From Selaginella moellendorffii (lineage: Eukaryota > Plantae > Lycopodiophyta): DNA of 64,000 nt. This document shows positions 35,605 through 49,900 of this stretch, piece by piece. The translations under genes and the position numbers were made by a program. The notes below the pieces were generated by a model, which ran no database searches, was not told where the DNA came from, and saw nothing but the letters and a program-made list of their open reading frames with translations. Numbering within the stretch: the first letter of the stretch is position 1; each line of letters begins with the position of its first letter. Where the stretch lies: NCBI RefSeq assembly GCF_000143415.4, contig NW_003314262.1, positions 4,958,389-5,022,388 on the forward strand, given 5' to 3'.

Positions 35605-36373
35605 GTGGCAAATTTATTATAGTTATGACTAATTAATATCACTATAACTTCTATAATTTAAACTATTAATCATAGTGAGAATTTTATTTTAAATCACATA
35701 AAAAAAAAGATTTCAATTTTAAGTTATAGCATGTCATACTCAAAAACATTATAGTCTATCTAATTAATTCCATATGATGATAATTTTAAATTTTAAGTTA
35801 TCTCATTTGAATTACTTTATAAAAGGATATCTGTAATTCAAAAATATGCAACTTAGATATTAAATATGGAAATAAATAACTAATTCTAAAAAATAGTATA
35901 AAAAAACCTATTTATATGATTAATTTATTTTTTATGCCCTTGGCTTAAGAAAATAATTAGAATGCCAAGTTAATAAAAAACATTCTGATACATTAGTCGT
36001 AAAGTTTATTTAGATTTTTATATTTATTTTTTTAAGTTTATAAACATCTTATACAATGTAGTTCTATGTAAAACATTTTTAAATCAAAAAAATCTTTGTT
36101 ATTTATTAACTCCATTATTTACAAAAATAAGTAATAAATTAATTATGATCAAGGAAAAATATAAAGTTAATATACATTATTATAGTTATCCTTAAGTTGC
36201 CACGATGCCCCACATGCACTTCTATTTACAAAGTTTAAAATTCTTCTGTTATATCTAGTTTTGTTAATGAAAATAGTGTATATTATTATAATAATCTACA
36301 ACTTAGAAAATAAATGGAAAGAAAAAAAAATAATACATTTAAAAATGACTGAATGACTAAATTTATATAGCCA

Positions 36374-36377
<4 letters not shown>

Positions 36378-36418
<41 letters not shown>
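36378..36418. repeat. (TA)n microsatellite
   Basis: About 20 TA units in an AT-rich intergenic block. Confidence 0.95.
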
Positions 36419-36421
<3 letters not shown>

Positions 36422-37565
36422 TGACTTTATGAGTTTTTTAACATATAATAAAGAATTAGTTATCTCTCAACAGAAAATTTAATTTTAAAAACTTAATGAG
36501 GTTTATAAACTCTTAATAAACTTAAAATAATTTATTTAAGTTTATTAAATCCCTCTTCATTTTTTGAATCATTAAAAATTATTTATTTATGTATTTTACT
36601 ATATTTTTATTTATAATATGTTGCTATTTTATAATTTTTATTTTCTTTAGTTGTATATCTAGCGAAGGAAAAAATTATTATAAATAAAGGCCAATGGAAA
36701 ATACTATTTTTTTTGTGGATTATTTTGTTAGTAATAAAACACAATGTATATAGATTTATTTTTTAGTGTTTTTAAGAGCTCAAAAAAGATCAATCAATTC
36801 TTCTATTCTTCCAACAATTAAATTAATTGTGGAAAATATTATAAGTATTTATAATAATTTAATCATGTTTATACCAAGTTGACAAAAATATTATAAACAT
36901 TAGTGTAAAGATTGAGAAGATATTTAACATAAAGTAATAACAAAGCTACTCTTAAGAAATAGAATAACTTTTTCCCATTGTTTCCAGCTATGGAAGTGAA
37001 ATGCAGGAAATAATAACATTTTTGAAAGCAATTGTACTAAATAAATTTGATTGATCTGATAATGTTAAATTGGTAATAACTTGAGACAATACCAATATGG
37101 ATAATCAGGTATTGTTTCTTGTTTCCAGCTCTGGAAATTCACCTTTGTTTCATGCATAGATTGTTTATTTGGCAAGTTTGGATGATATGAATTGGGATGT
37201 ATTCCCTGGCTTACTTCCACTATATGCTCCAGGATCTTAGCTCGCTTGCGTGGAACATAGTCACAATCATGCTAATGTAACATGCTAGCACTTCTCAGCG
37301 ACGAGAGCGTGATTGAGGATGCATACTGGGGGAGGCAATAGGACAGGCGGCTGAATGAGCTATCGAGTCAACACTGGCAGGCCGGTTCAGCTTGCCATAA
37401 GCAAGAACTCAATCGGTCAATAGCCTGTTCTTCTTCTTTCTTCTTGACATTTCTTCTAAAATAAATTATTTGTAACACAAAGTATATGTCTTCCTTTCTT
37501 TTTTTTCCTCCAGAATAGAAGTTTGCATGAATGAAGTTTTTCTTCGTTTGACGATCCATTTACTT

Positions 37566-38645
37566 TTATTTATCAGAACTTGTCAAGAGATGGACCAAGT
37601 CATCCTTTTTGAGCCTCGAGTAGCCAGACAATCCCCTCGACTTGGCCATGCCTCTCAGCGTAGGCACTGTCAACTTGGCCAGATCGTTGATCTCCTCCAC
37701 CGCAGATTTCCTGCTAAACACCCCTTCTTCCTCACTCGACTCTTCTTCTATCCTTGCTGTCGATCCTCCCGACTCTGATGTTTCCGATCCCTCTTCTTCG
37801 CTTCCAAGCTCCTCCACCACCTTTGTTGATCTCTCGAGCTCTTGCCCCAATCTCGATCGTTGCTCCGGTTTGGGCGACGACACCGACTGGAGCTTCTTGA
37901 GGATGGACGCGAATGGAACCGGATCCACCACGCCGCCGCCTTCCACTGGCAGCTGCCGGATCTTGCTGGGCTTGTTCTTGCGGGCCGGCGGAGGCGGATT
38001 CTTCGTCGCCACGCCCAGCGTCTTCACCAGGGACTGGAGCTGCTGGATCGACTTCTCCTGCTGGGCACTCAGCTTGGAGGAGCTTGGAGGGGACGAAGCT
38101 CCTCCGGCCGGGTTCTTCGGGAAGATCTTATCGAACCAAGCATCGGTGTTGTTGTTGGTCTCGGCGGTGGCGGTGCTGGACGAGCTGGATCCATTCGCGG
38201 CCTCGAACAAGCTCGCCCATTTGGAGACCCTGTCGGATTTTTTTCTCACCTGGACTGGCTCGGGCTTCTTCGCCTTCGCTAGACGGCCACCATCGATTTC
38301 TTCCTTCTCTAGAAGATCTTCTTCTTCTTCTTCTTCTTCTTCTTCTTCCTCGTCTCCTTCGGGATTGTTGTTGGAGATGCTTGACAAAGGAATGTAGCCG
38401 AGAGGCCTCCTCGCCGGGACTGGAGATCGCTTCACGAAAAGAGACGCTGGCCTTGTCACCGCTGAGCATCCATCGCCCTGCTTCCTCCTCGACGCCAAAA
38501 TCTCGAGCGAGAGGTGTGCTCTACAATGCCCATCGCCGCCGCCGTTGCCGAGGAGCGACGAGACAGGCCCTCCGAGCATCGAGCTGTGGGGAAATTGTGG
38601 GCGGTGAGCGTCATTGGAGCTCGCCACAGACCTGGCAAGGTACAT
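37566..38645 (-). CDS. Rho termination factor N-terminal-like (Rho_N) domain protein, probably plastid RNA-binding
   Basis: C-terminal LAKLTVPTLRGMAKSRGLSGYSRLKKDDLVHLL; S/R-rich N-terminus; acidic low-complexity middle. The start codon is uncertain. Confidence 0.8.
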   Translation of the reverse strand: MYLARSVASSNDAHRPQFPHSSMLGGPVSSLLGNGGGDGHCRAHLSLEILASRRKQGDGCSAVTRPASLFVKRSPVPARRPLGYIPLSSISNNNPEGDEEEEEEEEEEEDLLEKEEIDGGRLAKAKKPEPVQVRKKSDRVSKWASLFEAANGSSSSSTATAETNNNTDAWFDKIFPKNPAGGASSPPSSSKLSAQQEKSIQQLQSLVKTLGVATKNPPPPARKNKPSKIRQLPVEGGGVVDPVPFASILKKLQSVSSPKPEQRSRLGQELERSTKVVEELGSEEEGSETSESGGSTARIEEESSEEEGVFSRKSAVEEINDLAKLTVPTLRGMAKSRGLSGYSRLKKDDLVHLLTSSDK

Positions 38646-39188
38646 TGGGATGAAAATCTCTACCCTGGATTGGATTGAGAGAAGAGAAACCGTGTAGAAC
38701 CTGGATTCGCGATTACAATGCCCAAGGAACCCTAAAAATAAAATCTCATAACCAAAGATAAGACTTAAATGAGCTTCCAGCCAAGTTCCACATATTTTTG
38801 ACAAAATCATGGATCCCTTCTCGAAGAGGAATAGAAGTCGAAGGTCTTGAAAGAACACATTTGAAAGCTGTCAAGGTTTGAGGCGGGGGTGATCAGGGTC
38901 GCAAACGTACTCAATCTTCTTCTTTGCAAAGCAGTGACTTACCACCTTTGTTCATTTACAGCATCATATTCTAACAGCGATGCCAATCATCACGCTGCTG
39001 TGTCCTGAATCACCATCCAGAAGAACTCCCGGTTCTTAAAGCACCGCAATGTCCTTCGTCTTCGAGAAGAAACTTCTCTTGAGTTTGCAGCAATACTTCA
39101 GAAGGTGAGGAAACCTTTTAGCAATATGATGATCCAGGCTCCTGGAAAGGAAAAAAAGCTAGCTTTATCTGACATGAAGAACTTGCTT

Positions 39189-40168
39189 TTAACAAGAGAA
39201 CCAAGCAAGCTCCCCCCAGGCTTCTGTCAGAGCATCGGGCGCCTCCACCACTGACCAGCTCTCGGAATCAACTCCATAGTGCACAATACGCGAGCTGGCC
39301 CAATCAACCAACCATATACTGTTTCTCCCATCAGTGCACGTCGAGTTCACGTCAAACTCCTTGTCATGGCACAAAACAATCTCCCACTTCTCTCCCTGCC
39401 TCTTCCCCCCCCAATTTCTAAATCACTCACCACCAAAAGCCGGTCCCAATCCAGCTGAAGGAAGCACAAGTTATTTGCCCCCATCTCGCTGGGATCAACC
39501 TCCAAAATTCGCCAGCAACCATCTCACAAGTTGTATCTCGCAATCTTCTGAGAACCAGTGCAAAACACCACCACCTCACCATGATCCAGGACCGGATAGA
39601 AGCCATTCATGCGAAACGTGTGCCATGGTTCTGGGCATTCTTGTTTGCGCCTGGACCACTCGCCCCGAGCCGAGTCGTAAATGTACAGCGAGACCCATGG
39701 CATGACGAAGATAGCGACACAAAACTCTCGTGTTGATAGATCCCTCTCGCGGTTGTACACCACTATGTGCATTTGCTCGCTGTCTGTTGGCGGCAAAGGA
39801 ACTCTTGCCGGCGAGGAGTTGAGATTGCTGTAGCGCCACACGAAGATGCAAGAGGTCTGCCCAAATTTCTCAAACGTGGCCAGGCACAGCAAGCCGACGT
39901 CGCTGCTGACGATCCTCATACCCTTGGGGAGCGTCTGGAAGAGGCGCCACTCGCTGCGCAGGGAATTCTCGACTGGCCTCACGAAGATGGATTTCTCTTC
40001 GTCATCGGCGATACAAAGGCAGAGATGAGGGATGCAGTGGTGGGAGCACGCATAACCCTTGCGAAAGCTGGGATCATCGATTGCTCTTCGCCATTTGCGA
40101 CACACACACCTTGCCTGGCACAGATCTATTGCGGACAGTTTGAAGAAGACCAGCTCCAGCTCCGCCAT
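39189..40168 (-). pseudogene. F-box protein pseudogene
   Basis: F-box LELVFFKLSAIDLCQARCVCRKWRRAIDDPSF, then SSDVGLLC. In-frame TGA at 39524-39526 and a probable frameshift at the C8 run (39405-39412) before the last segment. Confidence 0.75.
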
Positions 40169-40226
40169 CTTTTCACTCTCTACACCATTTAGGGCTTCCA
40201 CTCGGGGATTATTTAAACGTCCAAGA

Positions 40227-43200
40227 TCAGGCCACGTGGACGGCAAAAGGAGGCCCGCAGTAACATATAGAATCGTCGCGCAACGATACCACTGCCGCTC
40301 CTAGAAGCGTGTACTCTCCTGGAACGAGGAAGAACAGCGAAAATCTATGCACTGCCTCTCCCAGAGAGCTCAATTCCACCTCCACTCCATCCAGAGCGCC
40401 TGATCCAAAGCTCTCAAAGTTATCTCACGAAGAAAAAAACTGTGGAGGGAACTTACCAGCGTAGAGGATTTGCTGCTCCACCACACAGCTCGCTCCAGAG
40501 ATGTCCCGGCAAGCGACGCTGAGCGACACGGCCACGTCCTCGGCCGTGTTGTTCTTGACGAGCATCTCGATCGGGACGAGCTGGTTCGCACGAACGTCCT
40601 CTCCTGCCGCGAGCCTGAATGCAAATGTGAGTGGATCCGGGAGGAGGATCTCCCGGACCGAGTCCCTCAGTGCGTCGCGGATTGCGTCCTTCAAGTGGAG
40701 CTCGCCGCTGGTGTTCTTCCCCGACGACCACCTCACGCGGATGCTCGAGCACAGCTCCTCGATGGTGGAGGTGACTTCGTTCCTGGACCTGTGCTCCAGA
40801 GCTCGAGCTGTTGCGAAGAACGCCTTGTCGCCCAGAGCTGGCAGCTTGAATTTCTCCAACGGAACCAGAACCCGTGCACAGTGCTTCCTGTCGACTTTCG
40901 TACTGGCATCAAGTTCTTCGCCTTTGACGGCCACTGTCACTTCAAAGAAAGCGTCCGTCCCGTTCCACAGCTCTAGTTCGAGCACTCGTAGATTCCAGCC
41001 TCCCCTGTAAGGATCCATTCTCACTGCGGCGTTTGCTTCGGCTTTGCGAGTGTCCGCTGGGAGAGTACTGCTTAGTTGAAGAGGAATCTCCATCGACAGC
41101 AGCCGCGAATTGACAAGACGAAGGCCTTGAAGAACTCGAAGCCTCAAACGACTAGTCAGCCGTCTACCAGGAGAGAGTTCTTCGTCAGTGCTTTCAAGAG
41201 TTGGAGAGCCTGTAAAAATGTCCTCCGTTAGTTTCAGAAGATAAACTGCGTACGTTACCTGCGTAGTGGATATGAAGAAAAGCTTCTTCGTCCAAAGATT
41301 GAGTGGAGTTTTCGAGTGTCTTTCTCTCACTCTGCGAATCCAGGTGGCCAATTTGGAGCTGTATTGGCACGGACGCCTTTCTGCCAGTGTGTAGAGGTAG
41401 TGCCGCTTGAAGAACATCGTCCTCCACATATACATGTTGCTCGCGGCGCCTCGCCACCATTGTTACGTTCGCCTCTATAACTGGCACGGAACCAACGTTG
41501 CACAGGTCGATCGTCATGTTGCGAACCTCCCCCTCGTACAAGACTACCACGCCCTCTCCGCCAACAACGTCCACTACTAGAGACGGCAGCGGAGGAATAA
41601 CTTTGATGTCCGGGAGAGGCTTGTTTCGGAGTTTCAACCCACTTCTGCCCGAGCTTCGGAATGGATCTGCCAGGAACAAGCCTCTCTCAGCATCTGTGCC
41701 CCCAAAACAGTGCTCGGTAACAACGCCGTTGTAGTTCACAAAGCATCCCCGTACTGTCAGTGACCCGGTCGAAAGTGGCCTCCCAGAGAGTGACAAAACG
41801 TCCGATCCATTCGGAGGTAAGACGAAGGACAGCGGAAACGCCTCGAATTCCCCCGGTTCCACTGACAGGCATATACTCTCAACGTGGATTTCGAAGGCAC
41901 AAGGGTTCGCAACTTCAACGAGGACTTCGACTGGTTCCCCAACTATCCAGACGAGCTGAATCTTTTTCGGCTCCTTGTGCCTCCCTGAAAACGGCGTGTA
42001 GATAAACGGGCCGGATGAGCTGCTCTCTGTCCACCATTCCTTTTTCCCAGGTTTCCGTTTGATAAAGTCCATTTGCGAGCTTTCCTGAGGAAACGAGTGC
42101 CACCTGCGAAAATTGAGTCAGTTGAAAAAAACAGTACAACTCAAAGCGTCAAGTCACCTGAGGAAAGGGAGCGCTGGAACTGAAGACCGTGTCCCACCTG
42201 GGAGTTTTGCCGCAGCTGTTGACAAAGCAGTGGCAAGGCTAATTTGGGCATGTGGTGTGATAAGTGGATAATGAGCTCGAAGAAGCTGTGACGCTGCACA
42301 CCATGCAGCTAAAGCATCGCCACCACGTATAGAAGCAGCCAGCATGTTTGCCAGAACGTCGATTTGCAAGCTGCTCCATGGGGCATCATTTGTGCGGTGC
42401 ACTCGTGAATTAATGCCACGAACTTCCTTGGAGACAATATACAACGTCAGTGAAACATCTGATCATGGAGACTTCGACTTACTTTGTGTGCAGAATTTGA
42501 AGGACAATATGTACTCGACAACGAATGTAATATCTGTAGAGCACTCAAGGCAGCCCAGTGATTGTCTTGCTGCAAGTACAGATGAGCAACTTCTCGAGAA
42601 TAAAAAGCAGCTTTTCTCTCATACCCCAGAAATCCATATATTCTGGCCACTTCAACAAACAAAACCAGCCGGTCATTTGGCTCCAATAAACTTTTACCGG
42701 ACTCAATACAGTTTGTCAAAATGTCGATGGCATCTTTGGTTGACTCTTTTCTGAAAGTACAAACGAATTCAGAATAGAGCTGCTTCACTGTTATCAATTT
42801 TTACCTGGAAAGTAGCTTTGCAAGCTTGAGGTTTGCCTCCAGCTCAAAGGCCAAAAACGTTCCCCTGACAATAAACATGCTCAGAATTTTCAAAACTCTC
42901 TGCACCTACACTAACCTCTTGTAGAGCTGAATGATCTCGGCATAGTGAGTTTTCACGTCATCATAGAACTGCTGATCTCGCTGACGATCTACCTGTGACA
43001 AGATCGAGTTAACCAGATAAAAATCAAAGAATTTCAAGTTTGCTGACCATAATAGCGCTTATGCTGCCTTCTGCTGCTCCCGCGTGCCAGAATACATCTC
43101 CAGTAGATTTTAAAACCTCAGTTGCAGATAGGTAATGTGCGCTTGCGTTCAAATGCGACCCAGAAAGAAGACAATAATCTCCAATCGCCTTTTGAAGGCG

Positions 43201-43984
43201 GCCGAGTCTCTTCTTTTTAGCTTTGCTAACCTGCTTATACAAAAAACTTTCACAAACGTAACATGAAAAAATCTCGTTAAGTTACCTCTTCACTCCCTGT
43301 GGACGCCGGCAAGTCCAGTGGTGTGGTCAAGGAGCTTGCAACCGGATCGCCTAAGAGAACTCGCCTCTCAAAGTCCATCAGCATCGCTGCTGCAAACGCT
43401 TGCATCAAGGCCTTGATATGCAGCTCCAGAGTCTCGTAATCCGCAGAAGGGAAGAGTATAAAATCCGAATTCTTGCTCTTGTCTTCTTGTTTTAGCTGCA
43501 AAGTAACCAGAAAAAATGGTCGTTAGAGCAACAACGATAGAAACAAAAAGAAAAGCCAAGGCGAAGCACACACCTGATTATCACTGGCATGGAATCCAAA
43601 GCACCGCTTCACCTGTGCCGAAGGATACGAGGCACAGATGGTCAAGAACTTGTCGTACGTAGCTCCAAGATCATGGGAAAGCGGGCAGTGGCACAAGCCG
43701 ATCACTCCGTGAATTTTCCTGTGAGCTTGGAAATCCTCCCAGGGATTTCTCACAGCACCGCCAACCATAAACTTTATCCTGAGCTTCCCAGTCTCCCAAG
43801 CAAGCTGCGTGAAAGGACTCTTTTGGTGCTCGATGTAGAAAGCTCTCACACTCCGGAGATCCATATCCGTGTGCTTGACGATCGTCTCAACGTAGTCTCG
43901 GAGATAGACCGGCGGCATTTGCCCCATGGCCAGGACGGCCACACGGATCACCGAGAAATCGTCCAGAGTCGCGTCCAGCTCCAT
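40227..43984 (-). CDS. TRS120: TRAPPII subunit TRS120/TRAPPC9, multi-exon
   Basis: IRVAVL, FYIEHQKSPF, PWEDFQAHRK, KKRLGRLQKAIGDYCLL, GYERKAAF, LLRAHYPLITP, GPFIYTPF, WIVGEPVEVLVEVANP, ILLPDPLTFAF, FLVPGEYTL; stop at 40227-40229. Confidence 0.93.
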
Positions 43985-44318
43985 CAAGAACGGCGGAATT
44001 CTAGCTCGCGAGGCTCCAGGTCTTTCGTGGGCTCCCCATTGTCAAGATGCCTGATCCCGCGTCGAGCTCGCATCAAGAACGCCCGATTTTCCCGCTCGCG
44101 AGATCTAGCGCCATACTCGATCTGATCTACCCTACCTGGAAGAGCGGCGTCGCCCGATCGCAACGCCTTCTTGGCGCCTTTCTTTCCTTCGAGGCAAAAA
44201 AATATTATGACCTAAACTATACGGAGACTGTTCTTCTTAGGATCCAGCGGCATTCTCGTCTCTCTCAAATTCCAGCAATTCTCGTCTCTGAGATTGCTCG
44301 AATAAGAATCGATTTCCT

Positions 44319-44800
44319 TCAGCGATTTGTCCCAGTAGCCGAGATCGCCTCGCCAGTGTCTATCAGATAGAGCACCACATTCCCGTCATCCTGGACGACC
44401 AGCGCCGACGATTGATCGCACTTCCCACAGCCAGATTGGAGAGATACCTCACGAGCTTCCCACCTTCGTGCCAGGGCTCGACGAGCCAAGTCCGTACGTT
44501 GCAGCATCGTGAAAACTGTGTCGTACAAGATGGTACTGTTAACCACGTGATTATCCTACAATTTGCCGAATTAAGCGGAGAATATCCAATAGATTTAGTC
44601 GAATATCCATATGTGATGATTTGAGGGTCAGTGATCCAAATTCATATGCGAATGATGTATCCTCCTCCAATTGTGTATAGTTATGACCAGCTGATGTCCA
44701 AGGTCTTGTGCTAATGGCAATGAGATTTCTTATTGCATCAAATATAAACATTACTATTGACTTTGGAAGCCTGTCACTGCCACCCCATTGTACATAAACT
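44319..44800 (-). pseudogene. Bulb-type (GNA) mannose-binding lectin remnant
   Basis: ALVVQDDGNVVLY matches the QxDxNxVxY motif. Upstream frames are broken. Confidence 0.5.
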
Positions 44801-46920
44801 GCATGATACATTGATGGATAAATAAGAATTAGAAGTATGGGAGAAGGTTAGTAAATTAATCATGGCATCATCTTAAAAAAGCTGTATACATTATTACAAA
44901 TTTATAATATTTGTCAACGTGTTTTTTTTTTTTCCTGTTTGGCATATAAAAATCTAGCTTTTACATTTATCAAGAAAAAAGTCATGTATTTTCTTTTGAA
45001 AAGTGTTTTCTAGAGTAAAATATAAATGGGATTTTGTCTCAAATATGACTTCTTTTATCAAGGTTAATTCTTGTTACTGCTATATTCCCTTCAGGACTCA
45101 TCCAGGTACTTGTTTCTTATTAACGATAATATAGTGTTTGCAAGAGAAAATAATAGTGTTTTAGGAACAAGTATTAGTACATGAAAAAAATGTTATCAAA
45201 GCACAGTAATTATAAAAAATATTAATGTAAAGTTATAATTTATATCATTAAGGGTTTTTTTTAAGCTTCAAAAGATAAAATTTTATTAATTTTATACAGT
45301 TTGAAAATTTTTACTGTCAAAATATGACCAAATATAGTTTTATGTAAATATATATATAGAAATGACTCTATTATATATTATATCTCTTTTTCTATTGTGC
45401 TCCTATTTAAAACTGATTTGTGAAACTTTACGTATAAATTCAAAACTAATACATTTTTAAAACTCATATGTAGGATTGATATGGACTTAGACTTTTAGAT
45501 TTGCCCTGGGTGAATAACAAAATCAATAATTTATACAATAATTTTTTCTAATTTGAAATTTTAATATTAAAAAATTAATATAATTCCAGGAAAATTTAAA
45601 TTGCTAAGAATAAATATTTTTTAATAAATATATTAGATGTAAAGTAGTACTTTTATTTAGATTACTAACATTGTAAGGAAAATAATACTTGATCCAGAAA
45701 GAAGTGAAAAAGGAATTGCTAAAAATAATAAGTAATAATAAGTAGATGTTACATTTAAGGTATAATTTTAAAAATACTACTATGCTACTACCAAAACTCG
45801 ACAAAGTAAAATATATTATTACTAATAATTATTACTAATTTAGATATTAGAAAAGAATTACTTAATTATACCTTTTACTTAGAATATAAAATAATTAGAT
45901 TTTAAGAACATTAATATATATTACCCAGACTTAAACAAGAGAATAATTACTAAGAAAAATTTATTAATATAAATATATATGTTATATCAATTATAAATTT
46001 ATCCACTTCCCCTCACAAAATTTTAGTTGTGTTTTGTAAATGACCTTCTCCGAATAAGTTAGTGGTATAAATCATTTTAAATGAAACCACAAAGAATAAG
46101 TCGTAAAGAACAAAATTTATGTAAAGTATGACATATTTGTTCCTCTTAATTGCCTCAAACTTCTTCTGAATAGAAAATTAAAAAATTAAAAAAGAAAAAA
46201 TAATATAGAAAAAATAATAAAAATTACCTTTAAGTTTTCAGACCTCTTTTCTACTATTGTAGGTGCTCTATAGAGTATACACTCTTCAAACATATTATTA
46301 CCTCTTCCATTTCATTCTGAAACTGTTTTATAATAAATGCATTTATTCTAAAGTCATTTGGTAGTTTCAAAGTCTTTATAATTGTTTATAATTGATTTTC
46401 GACATTAACTATTCAATCACCAAAAAATCTTAAAAACAAATAATTAAGTGTGCAATCTTTCAGCCACTCAAAGTGACATTTGTGGTCTTTACAACATAGA
46501 TAATCAAAAAAATAAAAAAAATATATAAGCTCTTGTGTTCTCAATGCTAGAAGAACAATATCTTTCTTCTCCTAGGATTTCTTTTTAAAAACCATTTAAA
46601 AAGCAAATTAACAAAGATTATAAATTATAAGCATAAATTACATTTTCTTCTTATTATGATGTTTTGTTGTAAAAGATACAATTAAAAATTATAAACTATT
46701 ACAAAATAATACATCTTTCTTTGTCTCATCCCATTATATAAAAAATTGTATAACAACAAATACAACCATGAGAGCTTCCAGATTTCCTAATCTTTTGTCT
46801 TTATTTCTCTTGTTAGTTACACTCTCTTGTTAGTTACACTCTCTATTGTAAAGATTTATAAGCAATTGGGAAGAAAAAAGTATTATTTTGTGATATTTAT
46901 TTATTTTTTCTTATTTGATT

Positions 46921-49900
46921 TGTGAGGGCCAAGTGTACAGTTACGATGCCGTATACTAATATTAGCGTAGTGGGATTTTGGTAGCCGTCGGATTAGTTTC
47001 AATCCGGACCACTCGCTCCTGTATATAAGCTAGGGTTTTTGGGCTAATGGATATGCACATTTCTGTATTCCCTTTCCATATTCTAAGCACTCACATTGGT
47101 GGAGATGAGGGGCACCTTTGATTGTCTCTGATGAGTGCTTGGATTTGGGATTTTGGTTTAGATCTAGCTTTTGCATTGTCTAGATCTAGCTTTTTCCATT
47201 TCCTTCTTTTTGTTCTTTCCTTTCAGGATTTTGGTTTAGATCTAACTTTTTGCATTGTCTAGATCTACCATTTCCTTCTAGCTTTTTGTCATTTCTCTTC
47301 TTTTGCTTTTTCTTTTTCATTCGTTTCCATGGCAGATTAGCAATCTCCTCCTTTGACTCTCGAGCAGCAGTTGGTCCAATTGCTTGATGCTATGCGCTTG
47401 CAATTGAACAACCAAACTCAATTGATGGCGGCATTCACGGCACGTGGTCCAACTCCTCCTGCTCTTGGTGCCAATCCTCGCGTTCGGCCAGAGTTCTTTC
47501 ATGGGAATCCCGGGGATGATGTGTACCATTGGTTCGATCACTTCACGGTGATTGCCACATATCATTCTTGGGATGATGCTTGACGTTTACGTGAGTTTCC
47601 CACGTGTCTCCAAGGGACGGCGTTGTAGTGGTACAATGGATTGAGTGCGGCCACTCGTGAGGATTGGAGTGTTCTTCCGGACGTCTTCAAACGCGCCTTC
47701 GGACATGCCGACGATTGTGACGATGCCTTCCAACAATTGCATCGTCTTCGCCAAGGGCCATTTGAGTCGGTGATGCAATTTGGCGTTCGTTTCCGAAGTC
47801 TTTTGCTTCGTGCGGAGCCCAATATGTCGGAGCGGATCAAGCTAGGAATGTTGTGGCTAGCACTTCGTCAAGATCTTGTCGGCCTTGTGCATGCATTTGC
47901 TCCTGCCACCCTTGACGATGCTCTTCGTTTGGCACAACGTTATGAGACGTCACCTCTTCCACTTCTCGCTGCACGTCCTTCCACTCCACTTTCTATGAGT
48001 GATGGTCCTGTTCCCATGGAAGTTGATGCTGCTGCTACTCGAGTCCAAGGACAAGGACGAGGACGTGGTCGTGGCCATGATGTTCGTTGCTGGGCGTGTG
48101 ATGAAGTTGGTCATACTTATCGGCGTTGTCGGCGCTTTCTGGATTGGCGACCTCCATTTCCTGGGTGGAAACCTTGGCGTCCACAACGTCCCGTTGGTGC
48201 TGCTGCAGTGGAAGGTTTGGACACCGAGATGAATCTGGGAAACGAGGAGTCATGCGAGTAATGGAGGGACCTTGCGTGAATAAGTCAGTGACCCCTCCAT
48301 CTTTCTTTCGGGAGTATCATCAAGGGGTTCACTCGGCACCAGTTCATCCAGTGTTTACTTTCCAAGCTCATCTTTATAACAAGAGGTCTCCTATTATTCT
48401 CTCCGTGTTGGTTGATACAGGTTCGAGTTTATCTTCTATTGCTCGACCTGTTGCCACATGTTGTCGTCTACACTTGCGTCGTACGGTGGAACCAATTTTC
48501 ATTTTTTATGGCAACGGCCGTACACATGCATGTGCACGGGATGAGGCAGACCTGGTTGTGCGTGTGGGCGATCTCGAGCTTGAGTTGCAGTCGTTGCGGG
48601 TGGTGCCGAGTCAAGCTTTTGACCTCATTCTTGGTATGGATTAGTTGCAGCACAATCATACCAAGTGTGACTTTGAGGCTTCTCCCCCTTGTCTCATACT
48701 TCCTTATGTTTCCTCCATTCCTCTCACATCCGTACCTCTTCGTCCCTCTACTTCTACCTCTGCTTCCATTACTTTTGTTCCCCCACTATTTCCTCCTGTG
48801 TTTCCATCTTGTTCTACTCTTCCCTTTTCCGATCCCTCCGACGATCTTTGTGTTGCAATAGTTGACCGGCTTATGAAGGAGTATTCTAATCTCTTTGACT
48901 TTGACCTATCGTCTGGAGCCAAGATTGCTACACGTCATCCGATTCCAACTAGGGATGCTCGTCCAATCAAGGTTCCTGTTCGTCGTCGGTCACCAAAGGA
49001 GATCAAGATTTTACGTGCAAATGTCCAGGAGATGTTGGAGAAGGGTGTTATTCGGAAGTCGCGAAGTCCTTGGGCATGTGAACCTCATCTTGTGACGAAG
49101 CCTGATGGGAGTATTCGTTTCTGCACCGACTATCGTCCGTTAAACGACGTAACGATCCCGATGTGTACCCTCTTCCTCACACTGCTGATCTCTTGGATCG
49201 TCTGGGGTGAAGTCGTTGGTTCACCAAGCTAGATCTTGCTTCTGGGTACTGGCAAGTACCGATGGCCGAAGAAGATATTTCTAAGACTGCTTTTCGTACA
49301 CCATTTGGTTTGTATGAGTTCTTAGTGATGCCATTTGGTTTGAACAATGCTCCAGCAACTTTTCAACGGATGATGGACGAGGTTCTTTGCGATATGCCAG
49401 AGGTGACTGTTGACTTCATTGATGATGTCTTGATCCACTCGGAGGGGATGTGGGAGGAGCACGTTCGTGATGTTTGTAAAGTGTTGGATCGGTTACGCGA
49501 CGTTGGTTTAAAGCTGAAGCGGTCGAAATGCATGTTTGGATCCAAGGACACAACTTATCTTGGGTACCATATTTCTCGTGAGGGTTTGCAAGTTGATCCT
49601 GACAAACTTGTGGCTGTTCTAAAGTTCCCTACTCTAAAGTGTGTGAATGATGTGCAGTGCTTCTTGGGCAAGGTGCAGTATCTCGGGCGTTTTGTGGATC
49701 ATCTTTCTGATCGCACTGCACCATTGCGAGTGTTGCTGAAGTCATCAACATCATCTTTCATCTGGTCTCCGGATTATGAGCGGGCGTTTGGGGATCTCAA
49801 AAAGTTATTGACAACTCCTCTGGTTTTGGCATATCCTGACTACACTTGACCTTTTATTTTGCGCGTGGATGCTTCTGACATTGGTCTTGGAGGTGTGTTA

